32,000 bases of DNA from Candidatus Minimicrobia sp. QA0096 (GCF_963967315.1 NZ_OZ017288.1:540001-572000); one strand, 5' to 3'. Shown: positions 1-7,989, numbered from the stretch's first letter. Numbers and translations: made by a program. Notes: generated by a model not told the origin, from the letters alone.

Positions 1-22
1 GGATAGATATGTCGCGTCAGGT

Positions 23-727
23 GTGGCGGATGATACTTTAAGAGAAAGAAGCGACACAGACAAAATGCCGAAAGATAGAGTGCTGGAGTTGATACAGATC
101 ATGCCTTATTGGATTCGATCGGAGGAGAATCTCGAGTCTTATAGGAACGGGGCATTTTATGAACGTAATAATAAGATAAAAGAAAAAGAGACGGTCGTAG
201 CCTTTAATAAAATTCTGCGGACTATTATCAGCGAAGGACAATACACTCGTAAGTCAGAGCTTATATCGGATATTGAAAATGCTATGAATCATCTTGATTA
301 TAGTGATAAAGAGGTTAAAAATGCGCATAGATTTTTAAATTATGTAATTAATGGTATGCGCCATGAAATCGCCGCTGAGATGGCCCTAAATGAGGTTGAG
401 GGAGTACAAGCTGTTTATACATCTAGCGTTGAAGGCGACCTTGCTGGGACTGATATTTTGGTTGAATATGTAAGAGACGGTAATATATATGTATTTGGTT
501 TTGATATAAAATCAACGAAAACCGCAGCACGTAAGGCTAATAATGATAAGTATTGCATGGACTACCGTGCTATCTGGTCTGGCTTTAATCACAAGGCTGG
601 TGACTTTGGCTATGATGAAGATGGCTTAATTCCTAAGAAGCGTGTTATTAGAGGAAAGATTTCATATTATAAGGGTGTTCTTGAAGAGATGGTCAGAGAA
701 GAAGATTGTAAAAGACAAAATAATTAG
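23..727 (+). CDS. hypothetical protein, possible PD-(D/E)xK nuclease fold; 5' end uncertain
   Basis: 234-codon ORF with GTG at 23 and an alternative ATG at 65. The frame is open to the left window edge, so the gene may start outside the window. Motif order is E115/E119 (HEIAAE), then D144 (GTDILV), then D161-I-K163 (GFDIKS). Low GC: 19 of 60 nt in the line starting at 241. Confidence 0.5.
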   Translation: MADDTLRERSDTDKMPKDRVLELIQIMPYWIRSEENLESYRNGAFYERNNKIKEKETVVAFNKILRTIISEGQYTRKSELISDIENAMNHLDYSDKEVKNAHRFLNYVINGMRHEIAAEMALNEVEGVQAVYTSSVEGDLAGTDILVEYVRDGNIYVFGFDIKSTKTAARKANNDKYCMDYRAIWSGFNHKAGDFGYDEDGLIPKKRVIRGKISYYKGVLEEMVREEDCKRQNN

Positions 728-750
728 CACTCACACTTGACGAGTGCTAA
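724..750 (+). promoter_or_regulatory. CIRCE operator (HrcA binding site)
   Basis: Perfect TTAGCACTC-N9-GAGTGCTAA inverted repeat directly upstream of groES. Its left arm contains the stop codon (TAG 725-727) of the preceding ORF. Confidence 0.9.
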
Positions 751-766
751 TTTGTTGCGCTACAAT
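737..766 (+). promoter_or_regulatory. putative groESL promoter
   Basis: TTGACG (737-742), an 18-nt spacer, then TACAAT (761-766). The -35 element lies inside the CIRCE spacer and right arm. Confidence 0.5.
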
Positions 767-796
767 AAATGTATTGTTAACGAAATGGAGGATAAC

Positions 797-1066
797 GTGA
801 GTACACCTATTAAGCCTCTTGGCGACCGTGTTGTAGCGGTGCGTGAAGAAGCAAAGACTCAGACAGCGAGCGGAATTTACTTGCCTGATAACGCTAAAGA
901 AAAGCCAGTAGTTGCGGAAGTTAAAGCAGTTGGCGGCGATGTGAAGAACGTCAAAGTCGGTGATCGAATTGTCTATAAGGAATATTCGACTACGGATTTG
1001 AAAATTGACGGCACGGAATATTTGGTTGTTCGCGAAGAAGATATTTTAGCAACGGTTGTTGGATAA
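797..1066 (+). CDS. groES: co-chaperonin GroES
   Basis: IKPLGDRVVAV...ASGIYLPDNAKEKP...VGDRIVYKEY...GTEYLVVREEDILA is a typical Cpn10 sequence. GTG at 797 follows GGAGG (787-791) by 5 nt. The tracked ORF start at 737 and the ATG at 785 lack a Shine-Dalgarno (SD) sequence. Confidence 0.92.
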   Translation: MSTPIKPLGDRVVAVREEAKTQTASGIYLPDNAKEKPVVAEVKAVGGDVKNVKVGDRIVYKEYSTTDLKIDGTEYLVVREEDILATVVG

Positions 1067-1082
1067 AAAGGGGAGTTTAATT

Positions 1083-2726
1083 ATGGCAAAAAAAGTTTTT
1101 TATGATGACGATGCGCGAAATCGCGTGCTTGGCGGCGCTAAGTCACTATACGACGCAGTTAAGGTAACTTACGGTCCAAAGGGTCGCAATGTTGTGATTG
1201 CGAAGGGTTTTGGTGGACCAACTGTTACTCATGACGGCGTAACTGTGGCTGAAGGAATTGAATTGCCAGAAAATGATGACGAAACGCTGGGCTATAAAGT
1301 CGGTGCCGATTTAATCAAACAGGCCGCTAAGAACTTGAACAAGCAAGCAGGCGACGGCACAACGACTGTAACGGTGTTGACGTACTCGATTTTGAAAGAG
1401 GCAAATCGATTGATTGCGGCTGGACATAATCCGATGGAACTTAGGAAAGGTATCGAGCAAGCTGGCGCGGAAATTGTTAAAGAATTGAACAAATTGGCTG
1501 AGCCGATTGAAGGCAAGTCTGATCGCGTGGCTGAAGTTGCTACGATTTCGGCGGGTGATGCAGAAATTGGTAAATTGATTGCTGGCGTAATCGAGAAAGT
1601 TGGCAAAGACGGCGTAGTTACTGTTGAGGCTGGTCAAGGCTTGGAGCTGGAAGCTGAAGTTGTCGAAGGTTTTAGCTTGGACAAGGGTTGGGTGAGTCCG
1701 TTCTTTGTTACTGATGCGGGTCGTCAGGAGGCTGTGTACGAAAAGCCAGCGATTTTGATTACCGATAAGAAGATTTCTAGTGTACAAGAATTCTTGCCAA
1801 TGTTGGAAAAATTGGCACAAAGCGGTAAAAAGGACGTTGTTCTGATTGCTGATGAAGTTGAAGGCGAAGCTTTGAGCATTTTGGTCTTGAACAAATTGAA
1901 GGGCGTATTCAATACCGTAGCTGTTAAGGCGCCAAGTTTCGGTGATCGTCGTAAAGATGTTCTTCGTGATATCGCTGTGCTGACTGGCGCGATTGTGATT
2001 TCTGAAGATCACGGATTGACATTCGAAAACGCTGGCTTGGAAGTTTTGGGTTCGGCGCGCAAGGTGATTGTTGGTAAAGACGAAACGACAATTATCGAAG
2101 GCGCGGGCAAGCCTTCAGGCGTGAAGGAGCGAATTGCTGAGATTAAATCGCTTTCAGAAAATGCTTCAAGTGAGTATGAAAAAGAACAATTCGACAAGCG
2201 TGCCGCGGCATTATCTGGCAAGGTTGCGGTTATTAAGGTTGGTGGCGCGACTGAGACTGAAATTGACGAAAAGAAATTCCGCGTTGATGACGCCGTGGCG
2301 GCTACTAAGGCGGCTTTGGCTGAGGGAATTGTTGCTGGTGGTGGCGTAACTTTGGTCAATTTGGCTGGCAATCTAAAAGTTAGCGGCGCAGATAGTTTGT
2401 CGGTCGGTCGACAGATCTTGAAAGACGCTCTGAAGCAACCGTTCTTGCAGATTATGAAAAACGCCGGGTTGAATGCTGATGCACTGCTTGCTCAAGTTGA
2501 ATCTGGCAAACCTGGATTCGGCGTTAACGTTATGAAGCCAGAAGACGGTCTGATTGACGTGAAGAAGGCTGGTGTTATTGATCCAGCTCGTGTGACTAAA
2601 GAAGCTGTTCAAAACGCAGTATCAATTGCATCAACTGCGGCAACTATGGGCGCTTTGGTGGTTGATATTCCAGAGGCTGAGGTTGCAGCTGCTCCTGGCG
2701 GTATGCCGGGAATGGGTATGATGTAA
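1083..2726 (+). CDS. groEL: chaperonin GroEL
   Basis: MAKKVFYDDDAR...AGDGTTTVTVL... and the C-terminal GGMPGMGMM tail. ATG at 1083 follows a GGGGAG SD. The tracked start at 1056 overlaps the groES stop and is less likely. Confidence 0.98.
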   Translation: MAKKVFYDDDARNRVLGGAKSLYDAVKVTYGPKGRNVVIAKGFGGPTVTHDGVTVAEGIELPENDDETLGYKVGADLIKQAAKNLNKQAGDGTTTVTVLTYSILKEANRLIAAGHNPMELRKGIEQAGAEIVKELNKLAEPIEGKSDRVAEVATISAGDAEIGKLIAGVIEKVGKDGVVTVEAGQGLELEAEVVEGFSLDKGWVSPFFVTDAGRQEAVYEKPAILITDKKISSVQEFLPMLEKLAQSGKKDVVLIADEVEGEALSILVLNKLKGVFNTVAVKAPSFGDRRKDVLRDIAVLTGAIVISEDHGLTFENAGLEVLGSARKVIVGKDETTIIEGAGKPSGVKERIAEIKSLSENASSEYEKEQFDKRAAALSGKVAVIKVGGATETEIDEKKFRVDDAVAATKAALAEGIVAGGGVTLVNLAGNLKVSGADSLSVGRQILKDALKQPFLQIMKNAGLNADALLAQVESGKPGFGVNVMKPEDGLIDVKKAGVIDPARVTKEAVQNAVSIASTAATMGALVVDIPEAEVAAAPGGMPGMGMM

Positions 2727-2743
2727 ATCTGCCCCGAGCAATA

Positions 2744-2775
2744 AAAATCCCGCCGAAAATGGCGGGTTTTTATTT
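2744..2775. terminator. bidirectional rho-independent terminator
   Basis: Stem CCCGCC (2749-2754), loop gaaaat, stem GGCGGG (2761-2766). An A-run lies upstream and TTTTTATTTT downstream. It sits between convergent groEL and the 2788-3300 ORF. Confidence 0.8.
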
Positions 2776-2787
2776 TGGAGGAATGGA

Positions 2788-3300
2788 CTATCGAGGATTT
2801 GATAAGTAGTCGATTTCTTTAATGATATCCAGTAGAGCCTGTGCGCGGCGAGCTTCATCGACAATAGCTACAGCAGCGTCGTGTGCTGGTGCGATCAGAG
2901 TTTTATCGTCCGTAGAACGAAGAAGTAATAGGTAAGTGTCAAACTTTTCCTCTGGAGAAACATCTAGCTTGTCGACTAATGGACGCAACTCGTTCAAGGC
3001 AGTTTGCTTAATCGTATCAAGCGTAGGATCTGCGGCTGCAGCTGGAGCTGGTGTGCTGACTGTTGGAGTTGGCATAACTGACTCTGGAGCGGCAGGCTTC
3101 GCTATATCATCAATAGCAGGCTCATCGTTTTGATCCGTAGCGACAGGATCCGGTGAGATGGTTGCAGGATTAATTACAGGTGAAGCTGTAGCATTTGTTT
3201 CTTCGAACTGTAAATTATTGTCTGTATTTTGTGATACGCCAGCTAATACCTTAGCCAGTTCTTGGTCGTCACTGAATGATTGATTAGCTTGAGAATCCAT
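2788..3300 (-). CDS. hypothetical protein with a Pro/Ala/Thr-rich linker and a helical C-terminal domain
   Basis: 170-codon ORF. ATG at 3300 is preceded by AAGGTGGG on the minus strand. I recognised no domain. Confidence 0.6.
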   Translation of the reverse strand: MDSQANQSFSDDQELAKVLAGVSQNTDNNLQFEETNATASPVINPATISPDPVATDQNDEPAIDDIAKPAAPESVMPTPTVSTPAPAAAADPTLDTIKQTALNELRPLVDKLDVSPEEKFDTYLLLLRSTDDKTLIAPAHDAAVAIVDEARRAQALLDIIKEIDYLSNPR

Positions 3301-3340
3301 TATAACCCACCTTATATATTAAATTGTTTAAGCTTATATA

Positions 3341-3355
3341 TGTTACACTATAACA
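3341..3355. promoter_or_regulatory. overlapping divergent extended -10 elements
   Basis: Plus strand has TGTTACACT (3341-3349). Minus strand has TGTTATAGT (complement of 3347-3355). Together they form the ATGTTA/TAACAT inverted repeat between the divergent 2788-3300 ORF and pgi. Confidence 0.4.
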
Positions 3356-3377
3356 TGAGTTAACAAAGGAGCGCAAG

Positions 3378-4418
3378 ATGTTAGATGATATGAATGTGAT
3401 AAAACAATATGATCCAGGCGACGTTTTGAGCGGCGTTTTGAATATCCCAGAACAAGCTCGATATGAGGTGTCGATCCACGAAGGCGCGAACCAGCGTCGA
3501 GATTTCAAGAATATTGTGATCGCGGGAATGGGCGGTTCGGCTTTAGCGGCTGATATGGTTCGAGTTTTGACCGCGGGCTGGTTGCATATTCCACTTGAAG
3601 TGGTGAAGGGCTATGATTTGCCGGGGTTCGTGAGCGAGGAAACGTTGGTTATTGCGGTTAGTCATTCGGGCAATACCGAGGAAACTCTGAGTTGCTATCA
3701 GCAAGCATTGGAAAAGAAGGCATGTCTGGCGGCTATGTCGATTGGTGGAGCGTTGATTGAGCGAGCGAAAAATGACAATGTAACTTACGCTCAAGTTCCA
3801 GCTGGCGCGCAGCCACGAATGTCGACGGTTTACCATTTGCGAGGATTATTGAAACTATTACAACATTTTTGGGTGATTGATAATGATTTGTACGATCAGG
3901 TGAAAAATAGCGCTGATTGGTTGGCGGGCGAGATATCTAATTGGACAGCCAAAACGCCAGAAGCTGATAATTTGGCGAAGCAGATTGCGAAATTAACAAT
4001 TGGCAAGACGTTGGTTGTTTTTGGCGGTGAACTGACTTGGCCGCTGGCGTATAAATGGAAGATCAGCTGGAATGAATCGGCGAAGAATTTGGCGTTCTCG
4101 AATCAATATCCAGAATTTAATCATAACGAGTTTATCGGCTGGTCGTCGCATCCAGTAGAAAAGCCGTTTACGGTTTTTGATATTCGTAGCAATTTGGAGC
4201 GGGACAGAATCCGCGAGCGAATGGAGCTGAGCGACCGACTGTTAAGTGGCAAGCGACCAAAAGCGCACGTACTGGAACTTCGAGGAAAGACGCTTATGGA
4301 ACAATTACTGTGGGGTTTGGTGCTGGCTGACGCGGCTAGTATTTACACAGCCATTCTCAATGGAGTCAATCCTGGTCCAGTTCAGTTGATTGAAAAATTG
4401 AAAGCGGAACTTAGTTAA
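3378..4418 (+). CDS. pgi: bifunctional phosphoglucose/phosphomannose isomerase (SIS domain)
   Basis: SIS motifs IAGMGGSALAADM and AVSHSGNTEETL. Length and C-terminal layout match the PGI/PMI family. AAGGAG SD lies 6 nt before the ATG. Confidence 0.8.
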   Translation: MLDDMNVIKQYDPGDVLSGVLNIPEQARYEVSIHEGANQRRDFKNIVIAGMGGSALAADMVRVLTAGWLHIPLEVVKGYDLPGFVSEETLVIAVSHSGNTEETLSCYQQALEKKACLAAMSIGGALIERAKNDNVTYAQVPAGAQPRMSTVYHLRGLLKLLQHFWVIDNDLYDQVKNSADWLAGEISNWTAKTPEADNLAKQIAKLTIGKTLVVFGGELTWPLAYKWKISWNESAKNLAFSNQYPEFNHNEFIGWSSHPVEKPFTVFDIRSNLERDRIRERMELSDRLLSGKRPKAHVLELRGKTLMEQLLWGLVLADAASIYTAILNGVNPGPVQLIEKLKAELS

Positions 4419-4419
4419 T

Positions 4420-5631
4420 TTAATATCGTAGAGATTCGATTGGGTCGCGTCTGGTGGCGCGGGCTGCTGGATATACGCCAGAAATTACGCCGATGATTAT
4501 TGATAGTCCAATTGATAAGACGGCTGTTTGCCAATAAATATAAGGTGTGAGAGGTAAATATAAGCTGGCAATATAAGCTCCCACCAAGCCTAATCCATAG
4601 CCCAATATTCCGCCGAGGAATCCGATGATCGCTGCCTCGATTAAGAATTGATTGATGATATCCCAGCCTGTGGCGCCGACGGCTCGTCTGACGCCGACTT
4701 CACGCTGGCGCTCGGCGACATTGACAAGCATCACGTTCATAACGCCTATTCCACCGATTAACAGAGAAATAATACCGATGACAGTTAAGATTATCGAGAG
4801 AAACCTCGCGACATTAGACTTCTTTTCGTTTATCTCTTCACCGGAAACGATTCGATAATTCTTATCACTATCATGATTCTTCTTCAAAATATCGTCAGCC
4901 GATTTTATGACTGAATTGAGATTTTTATAATCTTTGGTAGTTACGATGATTTGCTGAATCTGCGGCGTTCCTTGGGTGAATTTTTTAATCACAGACAATG
5001 GAATAATGGCGGCGTTATTAAAATTCACGTCCAAATAACTGGCTTGATTTTCAATATTCTTCAACACGCCAACAACGGTCAATGGTTGATTTCGGATGTA
5101 AATAACGTTTCCGATGGATCTTTCGGTGCCGAACAAATCGACCGACAATTGCTGACCGACGACAACTCCGCCGATGTCGTTAATAAATTGCCCAGTAGCA
5201 ATTTGCAAATTAGCGACGTCTTTTAGCGATTCCGTACTGCCGATTAACGCGGCGTTTTGGATATCGACTTTACCTTCGCGGGCGCGCAGTTCGGCGTGCA
5301 GAAATGCAATTGGCGCAGCTTTTGTATTGGCAATTTTTTCTATATCCCTGGCGTCCGTTTCAGTCAATGTGTTGACTGTCGTCGTGTTGTCGGATTCGGT
5401 CAGTAGATTCGGGATGGCTTTTTGATTGCCAGACTTAACAATAGCGACAGGAGCAGATGATTGGTTGGAATTGTCGCCTAATAGGTGATTAAATCCGCCA
5501 GTTAGAGATAGAACCATGGTGATGCTGGCGATGCCAATAGCTACGCCTACAATTGTCAAAAATGTTCGTCCACGATTAGCTCGTAGCGCCTGAGTAGCGT
5601 TTTCAAAATGATTTTTTACTAATATTTTCAC
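4420..5631 (-). CDS. ABC transporter permease, MacB/FtsX family
   Basis: N-terminal TM segment, a large periplasmic domain and a C-terminal FtsX-like three-TM bundle (VMLVNVAERQREVGVRRAVGA). The GTG start overlaps the upstream ATPase stop (GTGA). Confidence 0.9.
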   Translation of the reverse strand: MKILVKNHFENATQALRANRGRTFLTIVGVAIGIASITMVLSLTGGFNHLLGDNSNQSSAPVAIVKSGNQKAIPNLLTESDNTTTVNTLTETDARDIEKIANTKAAPIAFLHAELRAREGKVDIQNAALIGSTESLKDVANLQIATGQFINDIGGVVVGQQLSVDLFGTERSIGNVIYIRNQPLTVVGVLKNIENQASYLDVNFNNAAIIPLSVIKKFTQGTPQIQQIIVTTKDYKNLNSVIKSADDILKKNHDSDKNYRIVSGEEINEKKSNVARFLSIILTVIGIISLLIGGIGVMNVMLVNVAERQREVGVRRAVGATGWDIINQFLIEAAIIGFLGGILGYGLGLVGAYIASLYLPLTPYIYWQTAVLSIGLSIIIGVISGVYPAARATRRDPIESLRY

Positions 5632-6422
5632 GATTTTTTCGCCCTCGATTTCTTTGAAGACTTTTGCTTCTTAGGTTTTTCTTCTTTTTCGTCGTCTACA
5701 ATTAACTTCTTAGTGAACTTGCGCTTTTCCTTATGCTCGTCAGTGTCGATTTTTCCGTCCAGCATGGTGATGACGCGACTGGCATAATGAGTCAATTCTG
5801 GGTTGTGAGTAACCATAATTATAGTATTGCCGCGACGATGTAGGTCGGACAATTCTTCCATAATGAGATGACTCGATTTGCTATCCAAATTTCCTGTTGG
5901 TTCATCGGCTAAGATAATTGACGGGCTATTAACCAGCGCTCTAGCAATTGCTACGCGCTGAACCTGACCGCCGGATAATTGATGTGGCATGTAATATTCG
6001 CGTTGTCCCAGATGAAAAGTTTTCAGAATGCGGCTAGCTTCTTGAAGTCGTTTAACTTTCCCGAGTCCTTTATACGTTAGCGGCAATGCTACGTTTTCAA
6101 TTACAGTCAGGCGAGGGATAAGATTGAAATTCTGGAAAACGAAGCCGATGTGTTTGGAGCGAATTTTGGCGCGTCGTCGCGAACTGAGATTGTCGACAGC
6201 GACATCATCCAGATAATATTCGCCCTCTGACGGCTGGTCTAATAGTCCAAGGGTGTTTAATAGAGTAGTTTTTCCGCAGCCGCTTGGGCCCATAATAGCG
6301 ATAAATTCACCCTTTTTAACGGTTAAATCGACGTTATCTAAGGCGCGAATCTCAGCATCACCAAAGCCAAATTTTTTAGTGACATTAACAAGTCTAATGC
6401 GTGGTGGAATAGTTTCTTTCAT
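5628..6422 (-). CDS. ABC transporter ATP-binding protein (MacB-type) with a Lys-rich C-terminal tail
   Basis: Walker A GPSGCGKTT, signature LSGGQVQR, Walker B ILADEPTGNLD. Start is at MKETIPP (ATG 6422). The longer tracked ORF reaching 6629 runs antisense through the tRNA gene and is an artefact. Confidence 0.93.
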   Translation of the reverse strand: MKETIPPRIRLVNVTKKFGFGDAEIRALDNVDLTVKKGEFIAIMGPSGCGKTTLLNTLGLLDQPSEGEYYLDDVAVDNLSSRRRAKIRSKHIGFVFQNFNLIPRLTVIENVALPLTYKGLGKVKRLQEASRILKTFHLGQREYYMPHQLSGGQVQRVAIARALVNSPSIILADEPTGNLDSKSSHLIMEELSDLHRRGNTIIMVTHNPELTHYASRVITMLDGKIDTDEHKEKRKFTKKLIVDDEKEEKPKKQKSSKKSRAKKS

Positions 6423-6482
6423 CTTTGACTTATTATAGAGAATGAATGTTATTAAGTGCAACCATAAGAGATAATAAAATTG

Positions 6483-6491
6483 TGGTATAAT
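6483..6491 (+). promoter_or_regulatory. extended -10 element for tRNA-Ser
   Basis: TGGTATAAT ends 9 nt before the mature tRNA 5' end. Confidence 0.5.
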
Positions 6492-6500
6492 TATCAACAA

Positions 6501-6590
6501 GGAAGGGTGCAGGAGTGGTTGAACTGGCACGCCTGGAACGCGTGTAACGGAGCAATCTGTTCGAGGGTTCGAATCCCTCTCCTTCCGCCA
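6501..6590 (+). tRNA. tRNA-Ser (anticodon GGA), CCA encoded
   Basis: Hand-folded cloverleaf. Acceptor stem GGAAGGG/TCCTTCC has one G-U pair. D stem is CAG/CTG. Anticodon stem CACGC/GCGTG carries loop CTGGAAC. There is a long variable arm. T arm is GAGGG-TTCGAAT-CCCTC. Discriminator is G, followed by CCA. Confidence 0.92.
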
Positions 6591-6650
6591 AGAGATATTT
6601 GAGAGGGTATTATAGAAACAAGAAAACATTATACGTACTTAATCAATATT

Positions 6651-7652
6651 TTGATAGACGCATATAATGCTGGTAAGCTACCAGAGATAAAAGATATTAT
6701 TGTCGAACCTGAATATGGGTATGTGGCGTCAATTGAGTATAATTCTGGAGAACACAGAGTTTTATATGGACATGATCCTGGGTTTAATTCAGGAAGTGCA
6801 GAGCAATTAGCTAATGATAAGGGGTATACAAAGTTTTTGCTTAGAGAAAATGGCATAGATTGTGCAAGAGGTTCTGAATTTCTTTTACCTTGGTGGGCGG
6901 ATATGTTGCGTCAATCAGACCGTCAGCAGTTTAATCACTCTATGCGTGACACAAAAGAAGCCCTTGGCTATATTGATAAATCTTTAGGATTTCCTGTCTA
7001 TGTTAAACCTAGCAGAGGTTCTCAAGGAGTTGGTGTAGCTAGAGTTGAAACCGCTGAAGAACTTGATAAGCTTCTTAATCAGTATAACGAGGAGCGTGTT
7101 AAAGTAGCTGTCATTGAAGAAGAATTAAAAATGCCTGACTATCGTATATTGGTTTTTGATGATGAGGTAGTTAGTGCCTATGAGAGACGACCTTTTTCTG
7201 TTAAGGGTGATGGAGTAAGTAATTTAGAACAGCTAATTGATTTGAAACATAAGACCTTGGTAGATTCTGGTAGAGATATACATTTTGAAAGACAGCTACC
7301 TATAATTATGAATAAATTAGAGAAAATGGGTCTGTCTATGACCGATATTATACCGGAAGGCACAGATGTTCGGTTGATGGATATATCAAATTTATCAGCA
7401 GGAGGAATGCCAGTTGATGTCGGTGAAGTTATGCATCAGCGGTGGCGAGATCTAGCTGTCAGGGTGGCAAGAATCTTTGATTTACGAATATGTGGGGTTG
7501 ATTTGGCGTGTAAGGATATTACGCAATCAGATAGCGAATACGGCGTAATAGAGGTAAACGCAACGCCTGGTGTCAAACAATTTATGGCAAGCGGTGTGGC
7601 TCAGCAGGAAAAGCTAGAAGATATTTTTGTTAAATTCTTCCGAACATTATAA
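6651..7652 (+). CDS. ATP-grasp ligase resembling the cyanophycin synthetase N-terminal domain and RimK
   Basis: DKGYTKFLLRENGI, GFPVYVKPSRGSQGVGV, DYRILVFDDEVVSAYERRP, NLSAGGMPVDV and GVIEVNATPG match ATP-grasp motifs. The start is uncertain: TTG at 6651 is the first canonical start after the in-frame stop at 6600, and there is no SD. Low GC: 23 of 60 nt in the line starting at 6721. Confidence 0.72.
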   Translation: MIDAYNAGKLPEIKDIIVEPEYGYVASIEYNSGEHRVLYGHDPGFNSGSAEQLANDKGYTKFLLRENGIDCARGSEFLLPWWADMLRQSDRQQFNHSMRDTKEALGYIDKSLGFPVYVKPSRGSQGVGVARVETAEELDKLLNQYNEERVKVAVIEEELKMPDYRILVFDDEVVSAYERRPFSVKGDGVSNLEQLIDLKHKTLVDSGRDIHFERQLPIIMNKLEKMGLSMTDIIPEGTDVRLMDISNLSAGGMPVDVGEVMHQRWRDLAVRVARIFDLRICGVDLACKDITQSDSEYGVIEVNATPGVKQFMASGVAQQEKLEDIFVKFFRTL

Positions 7653-7656
7653 TGAT

Positions 7657-7791
7657 CTACCTTGCCGCAAATTCACTCACCAAATAAAACGACCCAGCAA
7701 TAACGACGTACGTATCAAGCTGCTGGGCTTTCTCGATGGCTTTTGTGAGAGCTCTGTCTGGATTGTATTCAATCTCGACTGCAAATTTCAT
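7657..7791 (-). pseudogene. 44-codon ORF resembling the extreme C-terminus of FolC/Mur-ligase proteins; a remnant or a small protein
   Basis: My translation is MKFAVEIEYNPDRALTKAIEKAQQLDTYVVIAGSFYLVSEFAAR. The GSFYLVSE end resembles the conserved GS(L/F)Y(L/F)(V/I)xE C-terminus of FolC. An extended -10 TGCTATAAT (complement of 7802-7810) ends 10 nt upstream of the ATG. It is below the ORF-track length cutoff. Confidence 0.35.
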
Positions 7792-7839
7792 ACCGTATCT
7801 GATTATAGCAAAAATAGGTTGTAATTTTTACTAAATAGC

Positions 7840-7894
7840 TTGCAAAACACTAGATATAGCGGCTATAGTTATTATTGTACGCTATATATATAGC
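7840..7894 (+). promoter_or_regulatory. nrdA promoter with tandem NrdR boxes
   Basis: TTGCAA (7840-7845), an 18-nt spacer, then TATAGT (7864-7869). Box 1 is acactagatatagcgg (7847-7862). Box 2 is acgctatatatatagc (7879-7894). Starts are 32 bp apart. Each matches the 16-bp NrdR-box consensus (approx. acaCwAtATaTwGtgt, from memory) at 12-13 positions. Confidence 0.7.
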
Positions 7895-7934
7895 GAGCCC
7901 ATAAATAAACAAAAACACAAGCTACGAAGATAAG

Positions 7935-7965
7935 CCACCAGATGAGGTGCTGGTGGTTTGTTTTT
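7935..7965 (+). terminator. terminator-like hairpin inside the nrdA 5' leader (possible attenuator)
   Basis: Stem CCACCAG (7935-7941), loop atgaggtg, stem CTGGTGG (7950-7956), then TTTGTTTTT (7957-7965). It lies downstream of the putative promoter and 25 nt upstream of the nrdA GTG. Confidence 0.5.
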
Positions 7966-7989
7966 AAGAGGGAAAATTAAGGAGGGTAT

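Noticed and set aside
1311-2012. 233-aa antisense ORF inside groEL, plus other antisense ORFs at 1292-1606, 2009-2371 and 2373-2612
   Set aside because: They lie entirely within the strongly supported groEL frame. They have no start context and show low-complexity, unnatural composition.
6423-6629. N-terminal 69 codons of the tracked 333-aa ORF (5628-6629, minus strand)
   Set aside because: This stretch is the antisense translation of tRNA-Ser (ERDSNPRT comes from the T-arm). The ABC ATPase homology begins at MKETIPP (ATG 6422), which has its own TTGCAC-N18-TATAAT promoter.
7656-7668. Possible degenerate copy of the tRNA-Ser 3' end (ctaccttgccgca vs ctccttccgcca) flanking the ATP-grasp gene as an att-like repeat
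   Set aside because: Only about 9 of 12 positions match, and that needs an indel. No integrase or other mobile-element gene is present. This is too weak to call a genomic island boundary.
7627-7824. 65-aa plus-strand ORF spanning the end of the ATP-grasp gene
   Set aside because: It overlaps the 3' end of the ATP-grasp CDS and has no start signals. The opposite strand carries a promoter-equipped ORF with FolC-like sequence.
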